Source: Bugula neritina
Lineage: Eukaryota > Animalia > Bryozoa
Length of the DNA: 64,000 nt
Direction of reading: 5' to 3'
NCBI GenBank assembly: GCA_964035545.1
Contig: OZ037765.1
Coordinates: forward strand, 3,792,698-3,856,697
A program made the translations under genes and the position numbers. This document shows, in pieces, positions 28,017 through 36,744 of this stretch. Position 1 is the stretch's first letter. Every line of letters starts with the position of its first letter. The notes under the pieces were generated by a model, which worked only from the letters and a program-made list of their open reading frames with translations, was not told the origin of the DNA and did not search any database.

Positions 28017-28270
28017 AACTTACAAAATAAATCGACAGAGGACTTGATTTAAGGTTGAAATTGACAAACGAAAGGGACATCAAAGCAAAAACAATATCAA
28101 AAATTAAAAAAAACGAAAGTTGGAAAAATTCTTAAGATTTTACATGAAGTTTTTGTTTACTACTTAACTTCATGAATTTAAAAGTTTGATTTTTGCACTG
28201 CAAGATTTGTAGAAATGAAAAAAGTAAAAATTGTATCTAAAAATTCTTTGCATACCAATTATTTTTAAAA
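28017..28270 (-). promoter_or_regulatory. Probable non-coding first exon/promoter of array A, paralogous to ~16698-16920 (array B)
   Basis: Conserved blocks in the same order in both regions (plus-strand text): AACTTACAA (GTAAGT donor on minus), CAAACGAAA, TTGCACTGCAA, CATACCAAT. Confidence 0.45.
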
Positions 28271-29306
28271 TTACTTCGATTTTAAATATCTAAATTTTAT
28301 TTAATGTTTTATAATTATTCTAATTTAATTATAATAAAAAACCACAAATATTGTTTGAATTAGGGGAACTTTGAAATTTTGAAAATCATAAAACATAACT
28401 AACCCATTATTCTTAATATTTCTATAGCAGAAATAGCCCTATTACTCATGAGGCATCAGCATAAAATATGAAAACATGTGACAAAAAGCAAAGTAATAGG
28501 TGCCAAACAAATTGAGAAAATGACTTGATTTCCACAAAACAAGCAAATCATATCTTAATAGCAATTTTAGTTGTAAAAAATATAGTAAATACTATAAACA
28601 CTGAAGAGTCTGAGGTTTTCAGGTAACTATGCCGAGTATTTTTTTAGTTGCTAAGAAATTCCGAATCCAAATCTAATCTAGTTCATCATTATACGACAAC
28701 ACTATTTATAGTCTATACTATCAGATTATACTGTATGGTAAGACTTCGTCATAGACGTCAAAGGCCTGCTTGACACTTAAATTATAAACTTTATCACTTG
28801 GTTTTTACAAGTAATTTAATGTGTCTTAAGATGCAAGCTTTACTCTTTCTTCACAAAAGTTCTTTTAATTATGTTCAGGAAGAGGCAGTATTAAGCAATA
28901 AAACTCAAAAATATGTTATGCTTCTTTTTTTCTTATAAATTTATTGTTGTAGTATAGTATTTTTTAGTGTAAACTTTTATGATTAATGTTTGTTCTGTTA
29001 ATATTGTTTTGGCTTTTAAGTAAATTTTAAAGAAAAATCAAACAATCTAAATCTCTTAACATATTATTTACAAGCTTTAGTGCTGGTCTGCATGGTAGAT
29101 GTACTAGCTGATGGAGCCAGTGGCTCAGGGTATAATTTTATCGCCTAAATGTAATGTTCTACAAATTAAAATGTGAAAAATTTTATACCCACTAAAGTAA
29201 ATTTAAGAATACTGTTGACCATCAATTGCATATACATGTCTCATAATTGTCCATTTTAGCTAGTCAAAATAAAGCTGAACTTACCCTTTCTGTGAAACTC
29301 ATGTAT

Positions 29307-29655
29307 TGTGATAGATTATGCCTTGGTTTATTCTTTTGTTCAATAATGTTAATTGGGGTCCGAAATTCGGAGTTCCGAATTTCGGCTTGACCGAAGATCG
29401 GTTCCCCCGATCTTCGGGCCTGCCGAATTTCGGAGCTACCGAACTTCGGGCCACACACACAAAAGATTCTTTGTTTTATGTTCTTTTGTTCGCTGTATAT
29501 AAAAGCAGGCGAGTTACGGTGTAAAGCCAGTCTACTACTGGAGCTCGCCTGGACAAGTTGATATTATTTTTCTAATACAATAAACATTTGGAACTCTACT
29601 ACTTCAACCTATCTTGTTCTGCACTAAGTTACATTCAACCCACAAGTTTATCACA
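29307..29655 (+). repeat. 5' LTR
   Basis: TGTGATA...TATCACA 7-bp terminal inverted repeat; no difference from the 3' LTR found by eye; TATATAAAA at 29496-29504; AATAAA at 29579-29584. Confidence 0.98.
29360..29449. promoter_or_regulatory. Array of six 11-bp palindromes CCGA-N3-TCGG in U3 (also 36798-36887)
   Basis: Copies start at 29360, 29375, 29391, 29407, 29423 and 29439 (spacing 15,16,16,16,16) with unrelated 4-5 nt spacers; the array ends 46 nt before the TATA box. Regulatory role is inference. Confidence 0.8.
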
Positions 29656-29656
29656 T

Positions 29657-29676
29657 TGGTGGCAGCGGTGGGATTC
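29657..29676 (+). promoter_or_regulatory. Primer-binding site complementary to the tRNA-Leu 3' end
   Basis: TGGTGGCAGCGGTGGGATTC, 1 nt after the LTR; reverse complement GAATCCCACCGCTGCCACCA is the animal tRNA-Leu(AAG/UAG-type) 3' end including CCA. Confidence 0.9.
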
Positions 29677-29701
29677 TGAATACTAGTGTAAGAAGAACAA
29701 G

Positions 29702-30607
29702 ATGGCTCCAGGGGGTGAGGAGGCGACCCCTGGAGCAGCCGCGACACCAACCCTCACTGTGGAGGCTTTGGTGACAGCCCTCCGACAGTTGCAGGGGACA
29801 GGGCAGGCGCCACCTGGTGACAGGTACCGCCTCAGTCCCCCAACTTTTGGAGGTGATGGGGATGTGGAGCAATTCATCCGGGAGTTCCAGGACGTGGCCA
29901 CCATCGCTGAATGGCCAGTGCCGGTGCGCGTCCTCCAACTCCGGGCCTGTTTGACAGGCCGGGCCAAGAGTTTCGCTCTGGGGCCCGATGAAGCACACAT
30001 CTTACGTGCCCTAAGGGCCAGGTTTGGCATGACGTCAGAGGAGGCGTCTGACCGCCTACAGGCCCTGAGAAGGGACAGGAGGACATCGTTGGAGGACCAC
30101 GCCAACGTGGTGGAACGCTTGGCCCAGGCTGCTTTCAGCCAGGCTACCGGAACGGAAAGACAGCGCCTGGTGTACAACGCGTTTTTCCGGAGTATAAATC
30201 ATCCTGACCTCCAACGCTATTGGATGGCTAGCAAGGTGGGCAGCCTGGACGAAGCTCTGGAAACGGGCAAAGCCTATTTCCAGGTAGAGGAGCTTCAGGG
30301 ACCAAGATTCGCCGCCCGCCAGGTGGTCGATGAGGAGACCGCCCTGCCTGCTAAACCCCAAGTAGCGGCCGCAGCAACTAAATCACTCGAGCAGACGCAG
30401 CTCACCATGTTAATGGACATGATGAAAGGCCTGCAGGCTACAGTGACGAAGTTGCAGAGCGAACAGGCGGATAGGCGGGCTCCCCGTTCGCGGGACAACC
30501 CTGTCCGCCCATCTCTGCTAACCTGTTGGGGGTGCGGGGTGCAAGGGCATGTGAGGAGGCACTGCCCTAGAGGCCAAGGGCCTTTAAACACCCAAGGCTC
30601 ACGGTAA
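29702..30607 (+). CDS. gag: Gag (capsid + CCHC zinc knuckle), 301 aa
   Basis: PPTFGGDGDVEQFIREF..W retrotransposon capsid motif; CWGCGVQGHVRRHC = CX2CX4HX4C. Confidence 0.93.
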   Translation: MAPGGEEATPGAAATPTLTVEALVTALRQLQGTGQAPPGDRYRLSPPTFGGDGDVEQFIREFQDVATIAEWPVPVRVLQLRACLTGRAKSFALGPDEAHILRALRARFGMTSEEASDRLQALRRDRRTSLEDHANVVERLAQAAFSQATGTERQRLVYNAFFRSINHPDLQRYWMASKVGSLDEALETGKAYFQVEELQGPRFAARQVVDEETALPAKPQVAAAATKSLEQTQLTMLMDMMKGLQATVTKLQSEQADRRAPRSRDNPVRPSLLTCWGCGVQGHVRRHCPRGQGPLNTQGSR

Positions 30608-30627
30608 CTTCCGCCAACCGTGGGCCT
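30583..30627 (+). promoter_or_regulatory. -1 programmed ribosomal frameshift signal
   Basis: Slippery heptamer T TTA AAC (30583-30589) in the gag frame, 5-nt spacer, 11-bp stem AGGCTCACGGT / ACCGTGGGCCT (one G-U). The -1 frame is open from here into the 30754 ORF. Confidence 0.88.
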
Positions 30628-33600
30628 CACGCCAATCCCATCCGGGATAGGACTCGAAGAGGAGAAGAAGAGACCTCCACAGGGTCTGCCGATACCGAGT
30701 GGCAGAGGCCACGGAGATCTCGGAGACCGCAAGGTCTACCCGATCCTCCGGCCGTGTCACTCGAGACCCGGATGCAGCTAGAAGAAGCAGGATGGCAGGC
30801 ACCTCGGAGATCTCGGAGACCGCAAGGTCTACCCGATCCTCCGGCCTGGCCACTCCAGAACCGGTTCGCGGGGTTGCCCGAGGAGGTTGTGGAAGAGGAT
30901 TCAGCTTACTCGCAAGAGTACCCCAAGCTACCCTCCCGACCTCAGAAAACCCCCGTTGTCTCTAAGACAAAGAGGAGGCCCGCTGTGCGGACCCAAGTTG
31001 TGTCTCCCCCAGAGACTGACCGCTCCAGGAGCACCCAGCCGTATGGAAGCAGCTACTTCCTGCCCGGAAAGATTTCGGGTAAAGCTGCCACATTCCTACT
31101 GGATACTGGGTGCACTACCAACCTGCTGAGTAGGCGTCTCTTTGACACCCTTGGTGCACGAGAGCGGGCGAGCCTCGAGCCGTATGAAGGTGCGCATGGT
31201 ACGTTGGCGGACGGATCATGCATTCCTTTCTACGGCATCATTTCACTACCTGGACGCGTTCGTGATCAAGCAATTCACGAGACGTTCATAGTCAGCCAGC
31301 TGAAGGAGGACGCCATCCTGGGAATGCCGTTTCTGGAGAAACACCAGTGTCACATGGATTTCCAGAAGTCAGTGGTGGTGATGGCTGGGAAGGAACTTGT
31401 CTGCGTCGACAAGTTCGGGAGGCCCTTGGTGGGCGGAGTCCAGGTAGTGCGGGACTGCACAGTTCCGGGGAGATCCCAGGCGACCCTTCGCTGCAGAGTC
31501 AACTGCAAAGGGATCGCCGACCTGGGGGTGGTTGAGGGAACGCACGGAGCGATCCGACTAGCAAACAGCCTGAATCGGCTAGATGGTCGGCAAGAGCTCC
31601 TCGTGCAGTGTATCAACCCCTTCACGGAACCTGTCCAATTATCGGCCGGAGCACTGGTGGGGAAGTACCACTCCATCCAGGAAGCGGATGTGGGTCCGGC
31701 ACTGGAGACAGTGGCCGACACCCAGGGGAACCCCCTTCACACCAGACGAGGAGCAGTCCCGGAGCATATGGCTGACCTGTATGATGGAGCGTGTGGAAAC
31801 TGTACAAGTAGTACTGAACGCCAAGTACTGGCTCAACTACTTGCGGAGTACAGTGATGTCTTCAGTCGTGGCGATAGAGACATGGGGCTGACCAAGGTCA
31901 TCTCCCACGAGATACCCCTGGCAGCCGGCACCACTCCCATCAGGCAGCCTACCCGGCGTCTAGGCCCGGAGAAGGAGAAGGAGGTGAGCCGACAGGTACA
32001 GGATCTTCTTGACCGGGATCTGATTGAGCCTGCCCACGGTGCGTGGAGCTCTCCAGTAGTCCTGGTCAAGAAGAAAGATGGTAGCTGGAGGTTCTGTGTG
32101 GACTACCGCAGACTCAACAGCGTTACTATCCAAGACGCCTACCCTCTCCCTCGGATAGATGAGTCTCTGGATGCCCTCGCGGGTAGCAAGTACTTCAGTA
32201 CTTTGGATCTGCTTAGCGGGTACTGGCAAGTGCCTCTCAGTCCTGATGCCCAGGACAAAGCAGCATTCATTACTCGCGACGGGCTCTGGAAGTGGAAAGT
32301 ACTGCCATTTGGACTAACGTCCGCCCCGGCAACTTTCCAACGGCTCATGGAGCAGGTCCTCAGTGGATTACACTGGAAGACCCTCCTCATCTATCTGGAC
32401 GACGTCATTGTCATCTCCCCAGACTTTTCGACTCATGTCAGTCGTCTGCGGGAGGTCTTTGACCGCCTCCGGGCAGCTGGACTCAAGCTGAAGCCCTCCA
32501 AGTGTGCACTCTTGCAGCCGGAAGTCACGTACCTGGGTCATGTGGTGGGCCGTGATGGGGTCGCTACCGACCCAGAGAAGGTACAGGCTGTGAAGGAGTG
32601 GACTGTCCCCCGTGACCTCCCTGAGTTGCGCGCATTCTTGGGCCTAGTAGGGTACTACCGGCAGTACATACCTGGCTTCGCAGGAGTGGCTCAGCCGTTA
32701 AATCGGCTGACCGCAAAAGGGGTCCGGTGGCAGTGGACGCAGGAGGAGCAGCAGGCATTCGACCACCTCAAGCAACGTCTAATGGAGGCGCCAATTCTGG
32801 CGTATCCTGATCCAGCCAAGGAGTACATCCTGGACACCGACGCCAGTGACCACAGCGTGGGAGCCGTCCTGTCTCAAGTCCAGGGTGGAAGTGAGGTGGT
32901 CGTGGCTTACTATAGCAAGACTCTCGCGGCCGCCGAGAAGAACTACTGCACCACTAGGAAGGAACTCCTAGCAGTAGTCAAGGCGGTCAAACACTTTCGG
33001 CCATATCTGTATGGGAAATCGTTCCGTTTGCGAACAGACCATGCATCACTGATATGGCTGTGTAAACGTGCAGAGCCCTCGAGCCAGGTGGCTCGTTGGC
33101 TAGAGATTCTTGCCGAGTTCTCTTACCGTATAGAGCACCGTGCAGGCCGGAAGCATGGGAACGCCGACGGCATGAGCCGGCGGCCGGTAGAGAACTGTAA
33201 GCAATGCCTGCACATTGAACAGCGGGACGGGGGACCCGCTCGCCTTGACGTGGAAACAGAGCTAGTGGAGGGCACCGCCTACCGGTGGGAGCACGGCCAT
33301 CTTCGGACCGAAACCCACCAGGACGGTGTCCAGGCGCTCCACGCCAACCCTACTCTGCACCAGAACGTCAAGGAGCTGTGCCGACTCCAGGAGACGCTAC
33401 CCGGCGCGGTAGCGGACATCTTCCGGGCCAAGAAGGAGGGCCGACGACCTAGCGAGGAACAGCAGCGGCAGGGAGACGTTGAGTTCCAACTCCTCTGTCG
33501 TCGCTGGGATGCCCTCAAGGTCAGTCCTGATGGCCTCCTGATGATAACGTTAGCAGCAGACAACCGCCAGCAGAAGAGGGACCGCGTCGTCTGTCCACGC

Positions 33601-36540
33601 GCCCTCCGGCGGGAACTGATCTGGGACACCCATAAGCAGGCTCATGCTGGAGTCAGTCGGGTCATCAGGTGTCTGCGGCTGCGTTGGTATTGGCCCGGAA
33701 TGACTCGGGACGTACGACTGCGGGTACGGCAATGCGAGGTCTGCCAAGCTAGCAAGCATGGCCGCCCTACGGAAACCACTGGTCGACGCCGGCTGTACGC
33801 TGGTCGACCGTGGCAAGTAGTGGCGGTAGACCTCGTCGGGCCTATGCCGTTATCCGCCAGAGGGAACACCTGGATACTGGTGCTCACGGACCACTTTACC
33901 CGGTGGGCGGATGCTCTGGCTATTCCAGACGCAACCGCCCCCACGGTGGCCCGGACCCTGGACCAACATGTGTTCTGTTACCTCGGTTTACCCGAGCAGA
34001 TACATACGGACCAGGGCGCCCAGTTCCAGTCCCAGCTCATGGGGGACCTCTGCCGGATATGGGGGGTGAACCAGAGTCGGACCACCCCATATCACCCACA
34101 AGGGAACGGAGTCGTCGAGCGGAACAACAGGATGTTGGGTGACGCCCTCAGGAGCCTGCTCCTTGGTCGAGGTCAGGAAGAATGGGACGTGGTGCTGCCG
34201 CAGATCATGCGGGCTTACCGCAGCACACCACACTCCACCACACAGGAGACCCCAAACTTCCTGATGCTAGGCCGGGAAACGCGGGTTCCGGAACACCTGA
34301 CATACCATGTTCCCGCCCCCGAATCACCGGTACATGAGTACGTAGAAAGACTGACAGAGATCATGGGTAAAGCCCATGATGCACTGCGGGCCCAGCAGTG
34401 GCAGATCCGCACAGAGGACTCAGAAGAGCCCCCATTGTATCAGGTGGGAGACTGGGTCTGGATGGTGAGCTATCGTAGGCGTCGCGGACAGTCGGCTAAA
34501 CTTCAGCCCAAGTTCGTGGGTCCCTACTGCGTGGTGGAGGTGCTGGCCAACCACACATACCGTGTGGAGCGCTCTGGACAGGTCTCAGTCCAGAGCGAAC
34601 AGCGCCTGAAACCATACCATGCCAGCCCAGACGCGGTGGGTCAGGCTCCACCCCTCCTGGAGCCCAACCGCCAGCCTAACCAGCGGGGGAGAGTCACCCG
34701 GCCCCGGGAGGTGGAAATTGTCATCCGAAGGGAGGCAGAACAGGAGCAGGCTGCCCTACGAGAACAGTTGGAACAACAACAGAGGCAGGAGCAGCAGCAG
34801 CAACACGCCCCAGAGCCACCACCCCTCTTGGGGGAGGACACCCCCACCCGTATTACGGGTGAAGGCGGGGACCCCCCTACGGTGGCAACTGAGGAGCAAC
34901 TGGCACCACCAGCACCCGCACCGCTGGAAAGGAGCCAGCGAGCGAGGAAACTACCCGGATATCTGGTAGACTATCACATAGGACACCTAGGGTTGCCCCC
35001 CCCAAGTGGGAATCCATCTGTCCAGGGCCATTATTCCTCCTTAGTTAGTAAATTCTTCCACCCTCCTGGAGAATCACTACAAAAAGGAACAGTTGCAAAC
35101 CGAAATTCGGAGGGCACGCGATTGTCTGAGTTGTCCCTTCAAAACTCGATGGGAATTCCCCACGATCGCGTAGCAGGTAAAAATATTGAAACACGAGGCT
35201 CGGCCATTTGCACTACTACTAACCCACTAGTAACACGCAATTTTAAAGCTGAAACTTGTAATCGAATTAATCACAAATTGGATATGGGTATTACTCTTCC
35301 CGGTAACAACACTACAAACACAGGTATTTCATTAGAGTCAGAGCCTCCCGTACCGGAGTCTGACTCAACTGTAATTAATTGGGCTAGTTTAGATTTGTTA
35401 GAATCTAGTTTATTAACGGAGGAAGTCGATGTGAGTTTTGGAGAAGACTCTCTAAATGAGTTTTTATTAGACCAGGACATAGGGTCAGTCACTCTCCATG
35501 ACTCACCTCGGCTCCCTACCACCCACAAAGTACCCTATAAGGCGATGCCGAATTTCGGCGACGGCGAGACCGGCCTTACTCGGCCTCTGCTGTCTATTGT
35601 AGACACTGCAATGGAGTGTGATGAGGTGGAGGTCAGTCGAGTCGACTCCCCCCCTCCACCAGCCCCCGTGACGGCTCCTTGCAGCCCGCGGGTCGCCACA
35701 GACCGGACTGAGGTGCTATCCACCATGAATAGTGACCCTGTCGCCAACCCAGTTGAGCTACAATTAGCCGCCGGGGAGGAACAGGGAATACTATGCGGTG
35801 TGCCCTCCTCTACTCGAGCTGAAGACAGTGACACCCCCACCTTGGCTCTACCCCAGGCACTGGTCGCCCGCCAGTCCTGGGTCTCTCGCGACACTAATCA
35901 GCAGATTAGTGAAGCATGCGGGGCAGCGGGCAACCGCATCTGCCGGCAATGTCGGAGGAAATTCTCCTCCTCCCGGCGGTTGCGTGTTCACGCCCCACAA
36001 CATTTCATCAATGTATTCTGCCCTTGCGGCGAATACTCCTACCAGCGGGATTATGTGCTGCGCCACCAGCGCATCTCGCGCTGCCACTCAGGTCACGTGT
36101 TCACCGTGGATCAGGCCACATTTCCGGAGTTCCGGGACCTCATCCTGCCGCACGTCGCGGACCCCCACAAGCGTGCCACCCTCGGCCAAGGGTTTCCGGC
36201 GTGCAGAGCAATTCAAGAAGAAGACGGAGAACCCGCCGCCGCCCTCCAACCAGCAGCCACCCAGCCTCTTCGGGTCATGCTGACAAGGGTCGGGGATGGT
36301 GCCAGACCCGGTACATCGGACCTGGACCCCCGCTCCTCGGCGGCAAGCAGACACCACCCAGAGCGCAGACAACACCCGGAGCGCAACACACTCCGCTCCC
36401 GACCGCAACTAGAAGAGGAGGTGCGCCACTTACGGCGCCGCGTGGCACGGTGTGAGGAAGATCTGACACAATTGCGACGACGACTGATCCGGCTGGAACG
36501 ACGTCAGACCGACAACGACGATGGGACATGGAGGGAGTGA
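30583..36540 (+). CDS. pol: Pol: aspartic protease, reverse transcriptase, RNase H, integrase, plus ~520-aa C-terminal extension with zinc fingers and coiled coil
   Basis: LLDTGC (31102), WRFCVDYR, LPFGL, YLDD (32392), DTDASD, HxxxH..CxxC, DLVGP/TDQG/VERNN DDE triad, GPY motif (~34519), and the usual integrase-terminal RSxRxxxxPxxLxDY (34930-34974). The ORF-track start at 30754 is not the true start. Confidence 0.96.
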   Translation, partial: FKHPRLTVTSANRGPHANPIRDRTRRGEEETSTGSADTEWQRPRRSRRPQGLPDPPAVSLETRMQLEEAGWQAPRRSRRPQGLPDPPAWPLQNRFAGLPEEVVEEDSAYSQEYPKLPSRPQKTPVVSKTKRRPAVRTQVVSPPETDRSRSTQPYGSSYFLPGKISGKAATFLLDTGCTTNLLSRRLFDTLGARERASLEPYEGAHGTLADGSCIPFYGIISLPGRVRDQAIHETFIVSQLKEDAILGMPFLEKHQCHMDFQKSVVVMAGKELVCVDKFGRPLVGGVQVVRDCTVPGRSQATLRCRVNCKGIADLGVVEGTHGAIRLANSLNRLDGRQELLVQCINPFTEPVQLSAGALVGKYHSIQEADVGPALETVADTQGNPLHTRRGAVPEHMADLYDGACGNCTSSTERQVLAQLLAEYSDVFSRGDRDMGLTKVISHEIPLAAGTTPIRQPTRRLGPEKEKEVSRQVQDLLDRDLIEPAHGAWSSPVVLVKKKDGSWRFCVDYRRLNSVTIQDAYPLPRIDESLDALAGSKYFSTLDLLSGYWQVPLSPDAQDKAAFITRDGLWKWKVLPFGLTSAPATFQRLMEQVLSGLHWKTLLIYLDDVIVISPDFSTHVSRLREVFDRLRAAGLKLKPSKCALLQPEVTYLGHVVGRDGVATDPEKVQAVKEWTVPRDLPELRAFLGLVGYYRQYIPGFAGVAQPLNRLTAKGVRWQWTQEEQQAFDHLKQRLMEAPILAYPDPAKEYILDTDASDHSVGAVLSQVQGGSEVVVAYYSKTLAAAEKNYCTTRKELLAVVKAVKHFRPYLYGKSFRLRTDHASLIWLCKRAEPSSQVARWLEILAEFSYRIEHRAGRKHGNADGMSRRPVENCKQCLHIEQRDGGPARLDVETELVEGTAYRWEHGHLRTETHQDGVQALHANPTLHQNVKELCRLQETLPGAVADIFRAKKEGRRPSEEQQRQGDVEFQLLCRRWDALKVSPDGLLMITLAADNRQQKRDRVVCPRALRRELIWDTHKQAHAGVSRVIRCLRLRWYWPGMTRDVRLRVRQCEVCQASKHGRPTETTGRRRLYAGRPWQVVAVDLVGPMPLSARGNTWILVLTDHFTRWADALAIPDATAPTVARTLDQHVFCYLGLPEQIHTDQGAQFQSQLMGDLCRIWGVNQSRTTPYHPQGNGVVERNNRMLGDALRSLLLGRGQEEWDVVLPQIMRAYRSTPHSTTQETPNFLMLGRETRVPEHLTYHVPAPESPVHEYVERLTEIMGKAHDALRAQQWQIRTEDSEEPPLYQVGDWVWMVSYRRRRGQSAKLQPKFVGPYCVVEVLANHTYRVERSGQVSVQSEQRLKPYHASPDAVGQAPPLLEPNRQPNQRGRVTRPREVEIVIRREAEQEQAALREQLEQQQRQEQQQQHAPEPPPLLGEDTPTRITGEGGDPPTVATEEQLAPPAPAPLERSQRARKLPGYLVDYHIGHLGLPPPSGNPSVQGHYSSLVSKFFHPPGESLQKGTVANRNSEGTRLSELSLQNSMGIPHDRVAGKNIETRGSAICTTTNPLVTRNFKAETCNRINHKLDMGITLPGNNTTNTGISLESEPPVPESDSTVINWASLDLLESSLLTEEVDVSFGEDSLNEFLLDQDIGSVTLHDSPRLPTTHKVPYKAMPNFGDGETGLTRPLLSIVDTAMECDEVEVSRVDSPPPPAPVTAPCSPRVATDRTEVLSTMNSDPVANPVELQLAAGEEQGILCGVPSSTRAEDSDTPTLALPQALVARQSWVSRDTNQQISEACGAAGNRICRQCRRKFSSSRRLRVHAPQHFINVFCPCGEYSYQRDYVLRHQRISRCHSGHVFTVDQATFPEFRDLILPHVADPHKRATLGQGFPACRAIQEEDGEPAAALQPAATQPLRVMLTRVGDGARPGTSDLDPRSSAASRHHPERRQHPERNTLRSRPQLEEEVRHLRRRVARCEEDLTQLRRRLIRLERRQTDNDDGTWRE
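35941..36087 (+). other. Tandem zinc fingers in the Pol extension (canonical C2H2 plus atypical CxC..H..C/H)
   Basis: CRQCRRKFSSSRRLRVHAPQH fits C-x2-C-x3-F-x5-L-x2-H-x3-H exactly; the next motif is FCPCGEYSYQRDYVLRHQRISRCH. Confidence 0.85.
36409..36504 (+). other. C-terminal coiled coil (four heptads)
   Basis: LEEEVRHLRRRVARCEEDLTQLRRRLIRLERR has hydrophobic residues at 1,5,8,12,15,19,22,26,29 (uninterrupted 4-3 pattern). Confidence 0.8.
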
Positions 36541-36711
36541 GACCCGCCTCTCCCTGACTGGTGGCATGACAATTCTCTGTTATACATATTCGTTGCCCCT
36601 TATACTATGTACTTGGTGTTATGTTTTGTTTTGTTTCTTTGTTCTCTCTCTTCTGTTTTTTTGTTTTGTTTATTGTCCGTCTCATTGTTATTATGTTATT
36701 ATTCGCCCTCG

Positions 36712-36744
36712 TATCGGAAAGCACGCTTTCCGATAGGGGGTGTG
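36712..36744 (+). promoter_or_regulatory. Hairpin and polypurine tract preceding the 3' LTR
   Basis: TATCGGAAAGC-AC-GCTTTCCGATA perfect 11-bp stem, then AGGGGG-TGTG immediately before the LTR. Confidence 0.75.

Noticed and set aside
29360-29449. CRISPR-like reading of the palindromic repeat array
   Set aside because: Repeats are 11 bp with 4-5 nt spacers, there are no cas genes, and the context is a eukaryotic LTR.
29651-36529. Numerous antisense and alternate-frame ORFs within the retrotransposon
   Set aside because: Expected shadows of GC-rich coding sequence; no recognisable motifs.
34975-36540. env gene
   Set aside because: No signal peptide, no transmembrane anchor or fusion-peptide-like segment; zinc fingers point to a nuclear role.
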